Shown here piece by piece: positions 63,606 through 64,000 of a DNA stretch of 64,000 nucleotides; the stretch's first letter is position 1, and each line of letters starts with the position of its first letter. The DNA comes from an uncultured Thalassobaculaceae bacterium (GTDB lineage: Bacteria > Pseudomonadota > Alphaproteobacteria > Thalassobaculales > Thalassobaculaceae), in NCBI GenBank assembly GCA_964276085.1, contig CAXYEO010000026.1, forward strand, positions 1,305-65,304, written 5' to 3'. The notes under the pieces are model-generated. The model saw only the letters and a list, made by a program, of their open reading frames with translations. It searched no databases and was not told where the DNA came from. Made by a program: the position numbers and the translations under genes.

Positions 63606-64000
63606 CTGGCGCACGGAAGGAAACTCCATCGTTAAATTTATAAGGGCAGTGGCTAATTTAAATGAAGTTAAATTACCACGTATCAAATGTCGACTGGATC
63701 AGAAAAGATCGCATCATACGGATAAATAGGTAAAATTAATAATTTTCCATGAGCCCTTAATAAAGTTCGCAACCTTCCTAACTCAACCAAAGTTCAATGG
63801 AGTAATTGTTAGCCAGGATTCTTGTAAGAACTAATTATTATGGTTGCTGGGCCTGTTCCAATGAGAAACTGGACCGCACATCCATGCAATAATAAGCCCC
63901 AAGAGCTGTTTGTTTTTATACTTTTTATTAACCGCAAAAATTCTAGCATCTAGATATTAAGTAAAGAAAGGTATTAGTTGCGTCACAAATATCCGAAGAG

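Overview
Densely coding 64-kb chromosomal segment with about 60 protein genes on both strands and one tRNA-Val. I found no rRNA, CRISPR, transposase, integrase or phage genes, and no recognisable transcription factor. It looks AT-rich by eye (G+C not computed). The protein families (Bug/TctC receptor, COG4663-4665-type TRAP system, DUF1217, SLT enzyme with a PWPWT motif, many small-molecule catabolic enzymes) suggest a streamlined marine alphaproteobacterium; this is inference. Most genes serve uptake and catabolism of small organics. They include two TauD/TfdA dioxygenases, choline dehydrogenase, a TRAP transporter with a duplicated large permease, acyl-CoA dehydrogenase with family III CoA-transferases, and a DUF1611 plus enolase-superfamily pair (DgcN/DgcA-like). 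Also present are gamma-glutamyltransferase, a sugar-acid cluster (IlvD/Edd-type and UxaA-type dehydratases, lactonase-like amidohydrolase, SDR), phosphonoacetate hydrolase, a fluoroacetate-dehalogenase-like hydrolase, Liv-type and Dpp/Opp-type ABC systems, pyrE, ribokinase, manC, an amidase, and Ldh2- and LLM-family oxidoreductases. The stand-out is a 5-kb gene (23450..28489, minus) for a 1,679-aa protein. It has a DUF1217-like head, helical flagellin-flavoured segments, five 12-aa mini-repeats and ten ~70-aa beta-type modules that resemble the ubiquitin-E1 FCCH motif. A near-consensus sigma-54 promoter precedes it and an orphan fliL-like gene lies 2 kb away, but the window holds no other flagellar genes. 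Four genes are disrupted: two CoA-transferases, an HpcH/HpaI aldolase and a Liv-type binding protein. One break sits in an A7 tract where a -1 slip would restore the frame. All calls come from reading the translations and sequence by eye; no database search was run.
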